From positions 38,549 through 102,548 of the forward strand of contig SVBA01000003.1 of NCBI GenBank assembly GCA_015059095.1: a stretch of 64,000 bases of DNA. The letters are read 5' to 3'. The notes under the pieces are model-generated. The model was not told where the DNA came from and searched no databases. It saw nothing but the letters and a program-made list of their open reading frames with translations. The translations under genes were made by a program, and so were the position numbers. This document shows positions 1-9,041 of the stretch, piece after piece (position 1 is the first letter of the stretch; every line of letters starts with the position of its first letter). Origin of the DNA: Erysipelotrichaceae bacterium (GTDB lineage Bacteria > Bacillota_I > Bacilli_A > RFN20 > CAG-449).

Positions 1-3
1 TTA

Positions 4-54
4 TTTACAATTGTAAAAAAAGTTGTATAATTATAGATAATTTACACGTGTAAA
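4..54 (+). promoter_or_regulatory. Two 14-bp palindromes (TTTACA-N2-TGTAAA) overlapping a sigma-A-like promoter; probable TetR operators
   Basis: TTTACAATTGTAAA at 4-17 and TTTACACGTGTAAA at 41-54; TTTACA (4-9) and TATAAT (26-31); RBS AAGGAG before the ATG at 71. Confidence 0.65.
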
Positions 55-70
55 AAAGGAGTAAAGAAGT

Positions 71-661
71 ATGGCAGAAGATATTAGAACTACTAGAACT
101 AAAAATAAAATTAAAAATGCTTTTTTAAACATATTAAAAACTCATTCCTATGAACAAATTACAGTAAGTGATATTGCTAAAGAAGCTAATATAAATAGAG
201 TTACATTCTATACTCATTATATAGATAAAGCTTGTCTACTCGCAGACCTTACAGAAGACATGAAAAAGAAGTTTGTAAGCGATGCAATTGGATACGCAAA
301 AACTATCGACAGTAAAGATGAGATTTTTAAATATTCAATTGGTTTATCAAACGCACTATTAACAATGTTTGAAAAAAATAAAGAGATTATTGTCTTACTA
401 AGTGAAAAAGAAAACGGTGTTATTTCTAAAATTTTAGAAGAACAAATTGGTTCATTTGTCACTATAATTTTAAGACAATTAGATCAATATATGCCTTTGA
501 AATATCCAATTAAATATATTGCTTCTTTCGTTACTCCTGCTTACATTTCATTAATTTTAAAATATGTAACTGATCCTAATCCAATGCCTAGAAACGAATT
601 TACTAAATTATTATCAGAACTAACCGAAAACATTGTCAAAAATAAAATATTTACTAAATAG
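71..661 (+). CDS. TetR/AcrR family transcriptional regulator
   Basis: N-terminal HTH ITVSDIAKEANINRVTFYTHY; D-x-R-x-x-RTK start typical of the family. Confidence 0.9.
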   Translation: MAEDIRTTRTKNKIKNAFLNILKTHSYEQITVSDIAKEANINRVTFYTHYIDKACLLADLTEDMKKKFVSDAIGYAKTIDSKDEIFKYSIGLSNALLTMFEKNKEIIVLLSEKENGVISKILEEQIGSFVTIILRQLDQYMPLKYPIKYIASFVTPAYISLILKYVTDPNPMPRNEFTKLLSELTENIVKNKIFTK

Positions 662-708
662 AGATGGATACATCTCTTTTTAATTAAAAAAGAGTGGTTA
701 CCCACTCT
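660..708. terminator. Pair of intrinsic terminators for convergent genes
   Basis: AGAGATG-gata-CATCTCT plus T-run (660-681, +); A-run plus AGAGTGG-ttac-CCACTCT (686-708, -). Confidence 0.7.
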
Positions 709-711
709 ATT

Positions 712-1341
712 TTATTCATCATCTTCTAATTTAACGTAATCAACAATCTTAGAAGGATCTTTTCTTAATACATGCTTCATAGATATTGCTGTCAATAAAA
801 CAAAGATATTAAAGAATATAGTTAATAAGTTTGAAATTAATGAAGTAATAAATAATTCGATATTAATTTCTAAATTAACAAATGAAACAATGTTTCCAAT
901 AATTAAATTTATACCTAATAATAATGACAATCCAACAAATACAATTAATACAGTTTTAACTGTCTTATCATGATGATGATGGAAAGAAACTAATAGATAG
1001 ATATTTACAATTAAAGAAATTGTCGCTGTAACTAATTCAAAAATATTTTCATTAAAAGAATAATTATGAATAATACAAGTATATACTAATGAAATTGATG
1101 AGATAACGCCCATAATAATCGCTTCTAAGAAGTACTCATGAAAGAAATGAGCAATATGATTTTTAATCGCTTGTCTACATAATAAAACAAGCAAAATAAT
1201 ATGAACCAAATTTTCAAAATAATGGAATATATTTTCTCCTAAATCTGAAGTATGCATAAAGATTAAAGAAAAAACTACTTTCAAAAATGATAAAACAATA
1301 AAGATATATGCAAATAAACGATTGATTTTTAGTTTTGTCAT
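712..1341 (-). CDS. Hypothetical multi-pass membrane protein, His-rich loops
   Basis: About 6 hydrophobic segments; HIAHFFHE and FHHHHD. Confidence 0.7.
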   Translation of the reverse strand: MTKLKINRLFAYIFIVLSFLKVVFSLIFMHTSDLGENIFHYFENLVHIILLVLLCRQAIKNHIAHFFHEYFLEAIIMGVISSISLVYTCIIHNYSFNENIFELVTATISLIVNIYLLVSFHHHHDKTVKTVLIVFVGLSLLLGINLIIGNIVSFVNLEINIELFITSLISNLLTIFFNIFVLLTAISMKHVLRKDPSKIVDYVKLEDDE

Positions 1342-1406
1342 AATACACTACTCCTATTCACACCTTAATGATTATACATTCTTATTCTCTTAAAGTAAAG
1401 TCTAAA

Positions 1407-2045
1407 CTATTTATATAGTTTCCTAATTTCTTTAAATTTACATTTATATTCTTCACTAATTCTAAAAGAATCACATATTTTTTGTATTCCTTTTCCTACT
1501 ATATGATAATCTAGTGGTTTATTTTTCAAATATTCTAAAGTATCTTCAGGATAATAAATTCCCAAATATGATATAAGCCACGCTTCTGCCATAATAACAT
1601 AATATTTATCATCATTTTTAAACAATTTAAATAAATCTTTATACCTACTTTTATCTTTAACTAGTTTTGGCATAAATATCACATACCCCCATCTTCTAGT
1701 AAACTCATGATCACTATTTATATATTTTAAAGCTCTAGAAAAAGCAATTTCAAAAGTTAACTTTTTAGAAATAAATTGTTCTAATTGATCAACATGCCAC
1801 CAATCATTTAATTTATCAAAATTATCTTCAATAAAATTCAATTGATTTTCGATATTATCTAACAATCCTAATGATACTTGAAAATAAGTTCTATGATACT
1901 CTTGTTTAATTAAAATAATATCTTTTAAAAAAGAAACATCAATCTTTCTTTTAATAAGTTCTTTATTAAGTTTGTCAACATCCTTTGTTACATACTTATT
2001 CCCCAGTTTTTCTTTAAACTCTTTTTCAAATTCTAATAAATTCAT
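1407..2045 (-). CDS. DNA alkylation repair protein (AlkD-like)
   Basis: DWWHVD, EFTRRWGYV, YYVIMAEAWLIS and KGIQKICDSFRIS motifs resemble the AlkD-like HEAT family. Confidence 0.75.
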   Translation of the reverse strand: MNLLEFEKEFKEKLGNKYVTKDVDKLNKELIKRKIDVSFLKDIILIKQEYHRTYFQVSLGLLDNIENQLNFIEDNFDKLNDWWHVDQLEQFISKKLTFEIAFSRALKYINSDHEFTRRWGYVIFMPKLVKDKSRYKDLFKLFKNDDKYYVIMAEAWLISYLGIYYPEDTLEYLKNKPLDYHIVGKGIQKICDSFRISEEYKCKFKEIRKLYK

Positions 2046-2048
2046 GAC

Positions 2049-2912
2049 TTACCCCCTCTTTTCAGAATCATGCATATAGTATGGTTCATTAAACGCTCCA
2101 TCGTATATCGATAAAACAATTGTTTCTCCAATATCATAGGTATAATAGACCTCTTCCGATACACCTATAGTAAAAGTAACATCATCTTTTTTCACTTCAA
2201 ATTCATAATTTGTTATTTTTTTAGCGCCTGTATCAATTTCTTTATCGATTATTATAAATTGTTCATAACGTGGCAAAGAAAAATCTAAATAAATATTCAT
2301 CGATGATATTGTTAGCCAAGAAAATAGAAATGTAACAAATGCGCCAAATAAAGGAATAGTAATAAGTTTTTCTTTATTATTATGTACACTATAATGAACT
2401 AAGCTATAAATTAAACAGCCTCCAAATGCTAACATAGTTAAAATGATAGTAGTCATTAAAAATGTTTTATTCATCTCTCCGTTAATATAATTAACTCTAA
2501 AAACAAATACTACTGAAGTAAGATAAGAAATGGCTCCAAAAATCCAAATACTTTTAAATTCTTTTTCATATTTTTTATACAAATAAATAGAAACTATTAT
2601 TGCATATATACTATACAAAAAGAAAAATATTGCTTCTACTTTTCCAAGATCAATTATTATAAATAAAAGATATAATAATCCGTAAATTAATAAAGTACAT
2701 TTACCTAAAAAAGGTAAATTTATAGTTTTTGAAAAACATAGAAAAATAATAATTCCAAATATAAATAAAACATTCAATATTATGCCATATATTGAATTTC
2801 TAAATTCGCTTAATTTAGGAGATAATGAATAAAACATTATTCCAAAACCTGCAATAATAATTATTAATATTAAAATTCCTAACTTTAATCCTTCTTTTCT
2901 TTTCATATTCAC
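2049..2912 (-). CDS. Hypothetical membrane protein
   Basis: About 7 TM segments followed by a soluble C-terminal beta-rich tail. Confidence 0.7.
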   Translation of the reverse strand: MNMKRKEGLKLGILILIIIIAGFGIMFYSLSPKLSEFRNSIYGIILNVLFIFGIIIFLCFSKTINLPFLGKCTLLIYGLLYLLFIIIDLGKVEAIFFFLYSIYAIIVSIYLYKKYEKEFKSIWIFGAISYLTSVVFVFRVNYINGEMNKTFLMTTIILTMLAFGGCLIYSLVHYSVHNNKEKLITIPLFGAFVTFLFSWLTISSMNIYLDFSLPRYEQFIIIDKEIDTGAKKITNYEFEVKKDDVTFTIGVSEEVYYTYDIGETIVLSIYDGAFNEPYYMHDSEKRG

Positions 2913-2919
2913 CCTTCAA

Positions 2920-3378
2920 TTAATCACCAATATCAATGTTATAAAAATTAACTTTAATTCCATAGACTGTTAAAATTTGTTCAAGTACTATACATATTTC
3001 TTTTTTTCTTTTAATAAAATAATGAACTTCAATTTTTTGATTATTTACCCACATACTACAATCAAAAGATGAAGAATCTTCACATATTCTAATGCTATTT
3101 ATTTCCTTTAAGTTAAATTCAATAATACTTTTCTTCTTATAAAGTATCATTCTTTCTTCAATTATTTCAAATGCAACATCTGGCAAAGACAAATGATAAA
3201 AGAAAACTATGATAAACACTATAGCAACTATAATATCGATTCCAAAGAAAATCCAATGATGAATTTCATTAGCATTAATTCCAATAATAACTCCTACAAA
3301 AATAACAGGTATTAAGCACAATAAAAATATAAAAGGCATAACTCTAGAATTATATGCAATTAATTTTTGCTTACCCAC
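2920..3378 (-). CDS. Hypothetical membrane protein (2 TM plus soluble domain)
   Basis: ORF with RBS (GGGGG); two N-terminal hydrophobic helices. Confidence 0.65.
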   Translation of the reverse strand: MGKQKLIAYNSRVMPFIFLLCLIPVIFVGVIIGINANEIHHWIFFGIDIIVAIVFIIVFFYHLSLPDVAFEIIEERMILYKKKSIIEFNLKEINSIRICEDSSSFDCSMWVNNQKIEVHYFIKRKKEICIVLEQILTVYGIKVNFYNIDIGD

Positions 3379-3529
3379 AGTTAATCCCCCTTTATTTTAT
3401 AATATCAAATTTTAACTAATATTTATACATAATTAACAAGCTACTGAAAAACAAAAAAAGCTTCGATAACATTGTATCAAAGCATTAGTCTTTAAATGAG
3501 TATGAACTGCTAAACTGATACATTTTTAA

Positions 3530-3548
3530 GCACATGAGGAGACTCGAA
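3530..3548 (-). other. tRNA 3'-end-like fragment (possible att-site relic)
   Basis: Minus strand reads TTCGAGT-CTCCT-CATGTGC = T-loop, T-stem 3' strand, acceptor 3' strand; no 5' half. Confidence 0.5.
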
Positions 3549-3592
3549 ATAAAAAACACCAGTATTAATAAAGATTTACTGGTATTTAATAA

Positions 3593-4294
3593 TCATTTTT
3601 GATTCCATAAATTAGAAAGAGAAAGATTCATTGTCTTCAAACTACTCAAAGAAACTGTTTTAAAAATAAATAACCATTTATATGATTCTTCTGTAAACCC
3701 TGCAGACTCTACAGCTTTCGCAAATCTAAAAAATCCATATTCACTTTCACTAATATATTTAATGTCATTTAACTTTCCATTTTCTAATTTACAAACAAAA
3801 TATTCATTTGCAACCTTTGTTTGTGGATTTCGTATAAAGCCAATAACAAAATATTCTTTTAATTCTTTATCATATTCAATCACAGAAATTACTAAATTAT
3901 CATTATCATTAAGTAATCTTTTATGCAATGTAAAATCTTTCGTATCATATATTGATAAAGCTGTTTTTGTTGATGAAACGTGTCTTTCAATATTAAAGAA
4001 ATATTTATCATCTGGTGAAAAAATAAAATTATCATCTTGAGAACCATCCACTTTAGAAAAACGGAATTTCTTAATGAGTTCTAACTTTTCTAATGAATAT
4101 ATAGCTATTCTTCCTTCAGAACTTTTCACAACTAATAATTCTTGGTTATTTGAAACACATCCCATATATCCATAACTTAAATCTTTAAATTTAATTATTT
4201 CATTACCTTCTTTATCGTATATATAAATTGTTTTACTAGATAAACCAATATTATATTTATCTGTTTCCAAGTATGTCCAAAATTTTATAGCCAT
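3593..4294 (-). CDS. Hypothetical protein, possible beta-propeller (WD40/YVTN-like) fragments
   Basis: FSPDDKYFF, LSIYDT and IAIYSL beta-propeller-like motifs; RBS AAGGAG; own terminator (ACCAGTA...TACTGGT, ~3551-3583). Confidence 0.65.
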   Translation of the reverse strand: MAIKFWTYLETDKYNIGLSSKTIYIYDKEGNEIIKFKDLSYGYMGCVSNNQELLVVKSSEGRIAIYSLEKLELIKKFRFSKVDGSQDDNFIFSPDDKYFFNIERHVSSTKTALSIYDTKDFTLHKRLLNDNDNLVISVIEYDKELKEYFVIGFIRNPQTKVANEYFVCKLENGKLNDIKYISESEYGFFRFAKAVESAGFTEESYKWLFIFKTVSLSSLKTMNLSLSNLWNQK

Positions 4295-4551
4295 TTTGCA
4301 TTACTCCTTAATTAATATAATTCAATGATATGTATAAATTATATCATATTTTTACTTAATTAAAATACGCTATCCTGAAAAGTGTATCAGTTAAGTACTA
4401 TCAAAAATGGCCTTTTTAGCCCTTTTCCAGTCCCGCCTATTAGTACATTTTAGTTGTTAACACCCTAGTTAGACATATTAAACTGATACACTTTGCATTA
4501 AAAATTCTTCTTAAAAAATGATAATTTGAAGTTAAAATACCTCTAAAAACT

Positions 4552-4582
4552 AAAAAAGAACTGATTTTAGTGTATCAGTTCT
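4552..4582 (-). terminator. Intrinsic terminator downstream of tRNA-Thr
   Basis: AGAACTGAT-loop-ATCAGTTCT hairpin with an A-run on + (U-tract on -). Confidence 0.7.
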
Positions 4583-4595
4583 AGTACATCTTTAA

Positions 4596-4669
4596 TGGTG
4601 CCCCAACTCGGAATTGAACCAAGAACTAATCCTTACCATGGACTTGTTATACCTTTTAACTAAAGGGGC
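4596..4669 (-). tRNA. tRNA-Thr (GGT)
   Basis: Cloverleaf GCCCCTT-TA-GTTA/TAAC, anticodon arm AGTCC-ATGGTAA-GGATT, T arm CTTGG-TTCAATT-CCGAG, encoded ACCA end; 74 nt. Confidence 0.93.
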
Positions 4670-4711
4670 TTGACTAATCTATTTTATTAATAAAATAATA
4701 CTATGTCAATA

Positions 4712-5254
4712 TTAGTCAATAAATGTTTTAGAGATAATATTTTTAATTTGATTAATTTTTTCTTCATTTAATGACACTTTACCATATTCTTTATTATTAA
4801 TTCTCCCTATTCTTCTTTTAGATACACTTCTAATCGCATCTAATTTCAAATAAGAATGAGTTTCTTTATCGTTCAATCCTTCAATTACACCTATATCAAA
4901 AGATAATTCATTACCATTAGGCTTTTGACTTGTTAAAGGAATAACAACCACATTACCTAAATCTATAACCCAAACTAACGCATAATGTCCTTTAGTTTTA
5001 TAATCTGAAAGTTCTGCTCCTACATTAATACCAAATTCACACCAAACTATATCTCCTCTAGTTAAATTATCAGGTTGAGCCTTATAACCTTCTTTAAAAT
5101 ATGTCTTTTTTAAATATAAAGTCTTTTTATCAAGCCAAGATAAATACTCAAGTGCTAATTCCTCATCTAAAGAAGATAGATTATTACTAATAGACGCAAA
5201 TATTGTTTTTGTTTTTTCATTTACTTTTCTTTTATTTAAAAAACGCATAATCAA
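4712..5254 (-). CDS. PemK/MazF-family protein with N-terminal extension
   Basis: RGDIVWCEFGINVGAEL, VVVIPLTS and LDAIRSVSKRRI motifs. Confidence 0.8.
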   Translation of the reverse strand: MIMRFLNKRKVNEKTKTIFASISNNLSSLDEELALEYLSWLDKKTLYLKKTYFKEGYKAQPDNLTRGDIVWCEFGINVGAELSDYKTKGHYALVWVIDLGNVVVIPLTSQKPNGNELSFDIGVIEGLNDKETHSYLKLDAIRSVSKRRIGRINNKEYGKVSLNEEKINQIKNIISKTFID

Positions 5255-5282
5255 CCCTCTTAGTTAATATATGCGTTTTTTC

Positions 5283-6581
5283 TTATTTTTCTATTAATTC
5301 ACCATATAAATTATAATGATCATATCCAGTAATTAAAACTTCAACTTCTTGACCTTCTTCTAATGACTTATTACTAGTAAAGATAATTTCTCCATCAATA
5401 TTATCAGGAGAATTCCAGAAACTTCTTAAAGTATAAGTATCTGAAGGATAATCATAATCTAATACAATACCTTTATGAATTTTATTAACTTGCTTGCGAT
5501 TATGAATTAATGAAACATGTTTTTGAATTTTCATTATCTCATTATATCTTTGAATCTTAATTTCTTCAGGAACTTGATTTTCATAATCATAAGATTTAGT
5601 ACCTTCTTCTCTAGAATAAGTAAATGTTCCTAAATGATTAAATTTAACTTCTTTTACAAACTCTTTTAATTCATTAAAATCTTCTTCTGTCTCACCTGGA
5701 AATCCCACTATAAGTGTAGTTCTTAATATTGCATTAGGAACTTTTTTCTTAATTTTATTAAATAAGTTTAATAAAAATACTTTATCTCCTCTTCTATTCA
5801 TTGCATTTAATACTTTACTAGAAGCATGTTGAATAGGAATATCAAAATAAGGAGTTAATCTTTCTTCTTTACCAATTAATTCAATTAGTTCATCACTTAT
5901 TTCATCAGGATAAAGATATAATAAACGGATATATGCAAATTCTTTAATTTTCAATAACTCTTTCAATAAAGATACAATATCTCCATTACTTTTATCTAAA
6001 TCAGATCCATATCTAGTTGTATCTTGAGAAATAACAACTAATTCTTTAACACCTTGATCTTTAATTATATTAGCTTGTTTAATTAATTCTTTCATTTCTA
6101 CAGATTTAAATGGACCTCTAATTAAAGGAATCGCACAATAAGTACAACAATTATTACATCCATCAGAAATCTTTAAATAAGCAGTATATGGTTCAGTTGA
6201 GAGAACTCTTTCACTTAGATCTAAACACCCTTTAAACTCCCTATTTTTAATTACTTTTTGGATTAATTCAGCCATTATAGGATATTCATCAATTGAGATA
6301 AATAAATCAACTTCAGGTAATTCTTTTTCTAATTGTTCTTTATATCTTTTAACTAAACATCCGCACACAATTAATATTTTATTTAATTGTCCTAATTCAA
6401 TAATTTTATTAATCGATTCTTGTTTACTAGAATCGATAAAGCCACAAGTATTAACAATAATTACGTCAGCTTCTTCTACTTCTGTAGTCAAGATAAAATC
6501 ATTCTTCCTCATCAAAGAAAGAATCATTTCCGAATCAACTAAATTTTTAGCACATCCAAGTGATACTAAACTTAACTTCAT
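5283..6581 (-). CDS. rimO: Ribosomal protein S12 methylthiotransferase RimO
   Basis: SLGCAKNLVDSE, NTCGFI, radical SAM CNNCCTYC-AIPLIRG, YLYPD, C-terminal TRAM-like region. Confidence 0.95.
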   Translation of the reverse strand: MKLSLVSLGCAKNLVDSEMILSLMRKNDFILTTEVEEADVIIVNTCGFIDSSKQESINKIIELGQLNKILIVCGCLVKRYKEQLEKELPEVDLFISIDEYPIMAELIQKVIKNREFKGCLDLSERVLSTEPYTAYLKISDGCNNCCTYCAIPLIRGPFKSVEMKELIKQANIIKDQGVKELVVISQDTTRYGSDLDKSNGDIVSLLKELLKIKEFAYIRLLYLYPDEISDELIELIGKEERLTPYFDIPIQHASSKVLNAMNRRGDKVFLLNLFNKIKKKVPNAILRTTLIVGFPGETEEDFNELKEFVKEVKFNHLGTFTYSREEGTKSYDYENQVPEEIKIQRYNEIMKIQKHVSLIHNRKQVNKIHKGIVLDYDYPSDTYTLRSFWNSPDNIDGEIIFTSNKSLEEGQEVEVLITGYDHYNLYGELIEK

Positions 6582-6593
6582 ATTAACCTCTAA

Positions 6594-6863
6594 TTAAAAG
6601 AAGAAAGGTAAAACCATTGAAGCTACAACGATTGCTACAAAAACCCAGTAAGCAATTTTCCATCCTTTTTTAGCACCTGCTACTGCATTCCAAGCACAGA
6701 TTAATACTACTACACCAATGATAATATTAGTAATATTTTCAAACATACCTAACCATGGTAATGATAAATTGAAAATACCAAAGAATGCTCTAGTTGCAAA
6801 TAATGCAAGAGCAATAAAACATACTACATTCCAAAAATAATTTGTTGTTACTTTTTTTGCCAT
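6594..6863 (-). CDS. Small 3-TM membrane protein
   Basis: RBS GGAGG, three hydrophobic helices, operonic position. Confidence 0.75.
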   Translation of the reverse strand: MAKKVTTNYFWNVVCFIALALFATRAFFGIFNLSLPWLGMFENITNIIIGVVVLICAWNAVAGAKKGWKIAYWVFVAIVVASMVLPFFF

Positions 6864-6864
6864 A

Positions 6865-7380
6865 CTATTTTCCTCCTAAAATCTTTTTGACAATATGTAA
6901 AATAGGTAATTCCCTATTTTTAACCAATTTTGCTACACCACTATCACTCATTTGTTCATATAAAGAAATAGCTTCATCAATACTAACCCAAACTATATCA
7001 TCAATAAATGAGTCACCAAATGATTCTAAATGAATCATCGTTTTCTCTACTACCCTACCCAAAAAATAATGATTCATGTTATGACGCATAATTAAGTTAT
7101 AATCATCTTCAACTAAACCAAGTTCTTGAATAACTTTAATTTTATAACCTAATTCTTCATCAATCTCTCTAATTAATGCATCTTTTAAACTTTCAAATTG
7201 TTTCTTTCCTCCACCAGGAGTTTCATAATAATTAGCCTTACCAAATATATCATCTCTTTTTATTTTTAATAAAGCGATCTTATTATCTCCATTAAGAATA
7301 ATTCCTCTTACTATATTTCTAGTATGAGAAATACCAATATTAGGAAATTCGGTATCCTTTAACTTATTTATCACCTTCAT
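6865..7380 (-). CDS. NUDIX hydrolase
   Basis: Nudix box PGGGKKQFESLKDALIREIDEELG. Confidence 0.9.
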   Translation of the reverse strand: MKVINKLKDTEFPNIGISHTRNIVRGIILNGDNKIALLKIKRDDIFGKANYYETPGGGKKQFESLKDALIREIDEELGYKIKVIQELGLVEDDYNLIMRHNMNHYFLGRVVEKTMIHLESFGDSFIDDIVWVSIDEAISLYEQMSDSGVAKLVKNRELPILHIVKKILGGK

Positions 7381-8536
7381 AGTTATACACCATTTTTTCT
7401 TTGCCTTTATAATAGATTTTATCTATTATACCACCACCAACACAAGCTTCATTAATATAGAATACTGCTGCTTGACCTGGAGTAACTGCTTTATATGGAG
7501 CATCATAAATTAATTTAACTGTTTCTTCATCAATAAATTCTAAAGTACAGCCTTGATCTTTTTGACGATATCTAAATTTAACACCAACTTTAATAGGTCC
7601 TTGTGGTTTATCTTTTATAGTCCAGTTAACCATTTTTATAATAGCTACATCAGAATTTAAATATTCATTTTCATCACCTTGAGCAACATATAAAATATTC
7701 TTTTGAACATTCTTAGAAACAACAAACCAAGAAATAGGATCAATTCCATGAATTCCACCAATCCCTAAGCCTCTTCTTTGACCTAATGTATAATATAAGA
7801 CTCCATCATGTTTACCAACAATATTCCCAGTTTTAATATCTACAATATCTCCCCTTTTTGCTGGTAAGTAGTTATTTAAGAATTGTTTAAAATTTCTTTC
7901 ACCAATAAAACAAACTCCTGTTGAATCTTTTTTATTAGCAATATCTAAATCTAATTCTCTTGCTATTCTTCTAACTTCTTCTTTAGAAATTCCTTCTAAT
8001 GGAAATAGACATTTTTGAAGTTGTTCTTGAGACACTTGAGATAAGAAATAAGTTTGATCTTTATTTTGATCAAATGAACGATGCATTTCTACTCTACCAT
8101 CTTCAACTTCTACTCTTTTCGCATAATGACCAGTAGCAATCATATCAAATCCATTTTCTAAAGCAAAGTTTAAAAACTTATCAAATTTGATATATTTATT
8201 ACAAAATATATCAGGATTTGGAGTTCTACCTAATTTATATTCATCTAAAAAATATGAGAAGACATAATCCCAATACTCTTTAACAAAATCAATTCTATAA
8301 AGAGGAATATTTAATTTTTCTGCTACTCTAAGAGCATCTTCATAATCTTTTTCTTGAGGACATTGCGATTCATTTAAAGTTGGATTACCTAAAAAATCAC
8401 CATTTGCAATCGCATCCCAGTTTCTCATAAATCCACCTGCGACCTCATATCCTTGTTGAATTAATAGATGTGCTGCAACTGCAGAATCAACTCCACCAGA
8501 AAGTCCTACCATTACTTTAATCTTCTTATTTTCCAT
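7364..8536 (-). CDS. mnmA: tRNA 2-thiouridine(34) synthase MnmA
   Basis: GLSGGVDS, TPNPDIFCN, ATGHYA, KDQTYFL, TPGQAAVFY; ATG at 8536 follows AAGGAG. Confidence 0.96.
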   Translation of the reverse strand: MENKKIKVMVGLSGGVDSAVAAHLLIQQGYEVAGGFMRNWDAIANGDFLGNPTLNESQCPQEKDYEDALRVAEKLNIPLYRIDFVKEYWDYVFSYFLDEYKLGRTPNPDIFCNKYIKFDKFLNFALENGFDMIATGHYAKRVEVEDGRVEMHRSFDQNKDQTYFLSQVSQEQLQKCLFPLEGISKEEVRRIARELDLDIANKKDSTGVCFIGERNFKQFLNNYLPAKRGDIVDIKTGNIVGKHDGVLYYTLGQRRGLGIGGIHGIDPISWFVVSKNVQKNILYVAQGDENEYLNSDVAIIKMVNWTIKDKPQGPIKVGVKFRYRQKDQGCTLEFIDEETVKLIYDAPYKAVTPGQAAVFYINEACVGGGIIDKIYYKGKEKMVYNYEGDK

Positions 8537-8537
8537 A

Positions 8538-8984
8538 TTAAAGCTCCTTACTATCAATCATTAATGTAAATGGTCCATCATTTACTAAACTAACTTTCAT
8601 ATCTGCACCAAATACTCCGCCTTCTACTTTATTAACTTTACTTCTTAAATACTCTAAACAATAATCATAAAGTTTAGTCGCATTTTCTGGTCTCATCGCA
8701 TTAATAAATGAAGGTCTTCTACCCTTTTTAATATCCGCATATAAAGTAAATTGAGAAACGCATAAAATCTCTTTATCCAAATCTAAGAAAGCTAAATTAG
8801 TCTTACCATTTTCATCCATGAACACTCTTAAAGAAATAATCTTATCAATTACTTTTCTAACTACTTCTTCATTATCTTCATTATTAAAACCAACTAATAA
8901 AAGAAATCCTTCATTAATTCGAGAATAAATCTTTTCATCAATCGTAACTGATGCATTTTTCACTACTTGTAAAACTACGCGCAT
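8538..8984 (-). CDS. dtd: D-aminoacyl-tRNA deacylase
   Basis: MRVVLQ, VSQFTL, KGRRPSF, NDGPFT. Confidence 0.95.
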   Translation of the reverse strand: MRVVLQVVKNASVTIDEKIYSRINEGFLLLVGFNNEDNEEVVRKVIDKIISLRVFMDENGKTNLAFLDLDKEILCVSQFTLYADIKKGRRPSFINAMRPENATKLYDYCLEYLRSKVNKVEGGVFGADMKVSLVNDGPFTLMIDSKEL

Positions 8985-8987
8985 AAT

Positions 8988-9022
8988 AAAAACTCCTCTT
9001 ATTTATTATAAATTAAGAGGAG
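8988..9022 (-). terminator. Terminator of the spoVA operon
   Basis: CTCCTCTTA...TAAGAGGAG hairpin with an A-run on +. Confidence 0.65.
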
Positions 9023-9041
9023 ATTAATTTACACACTTCTT

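Larger units (their letters stand above)
3513..4580. repeat. Dispersed AACTGATACA(C) motif, four copies in both orientations
   Basis: 3513-3522 (+), 4379-4392 (-), 4481-4494 (+), 4569-4580 (-); 4379-4392 and 4481-4494 form a perfect 14-bp inverted repeat. Confidence 0.8.

Noticed and set aside
3400-4600. CRISPR array or intact IS/prophage
   Set aside because: The repeats are short, mixed in orientation and irregularly spaced; there is no transposase, integrase or cas gene in the window
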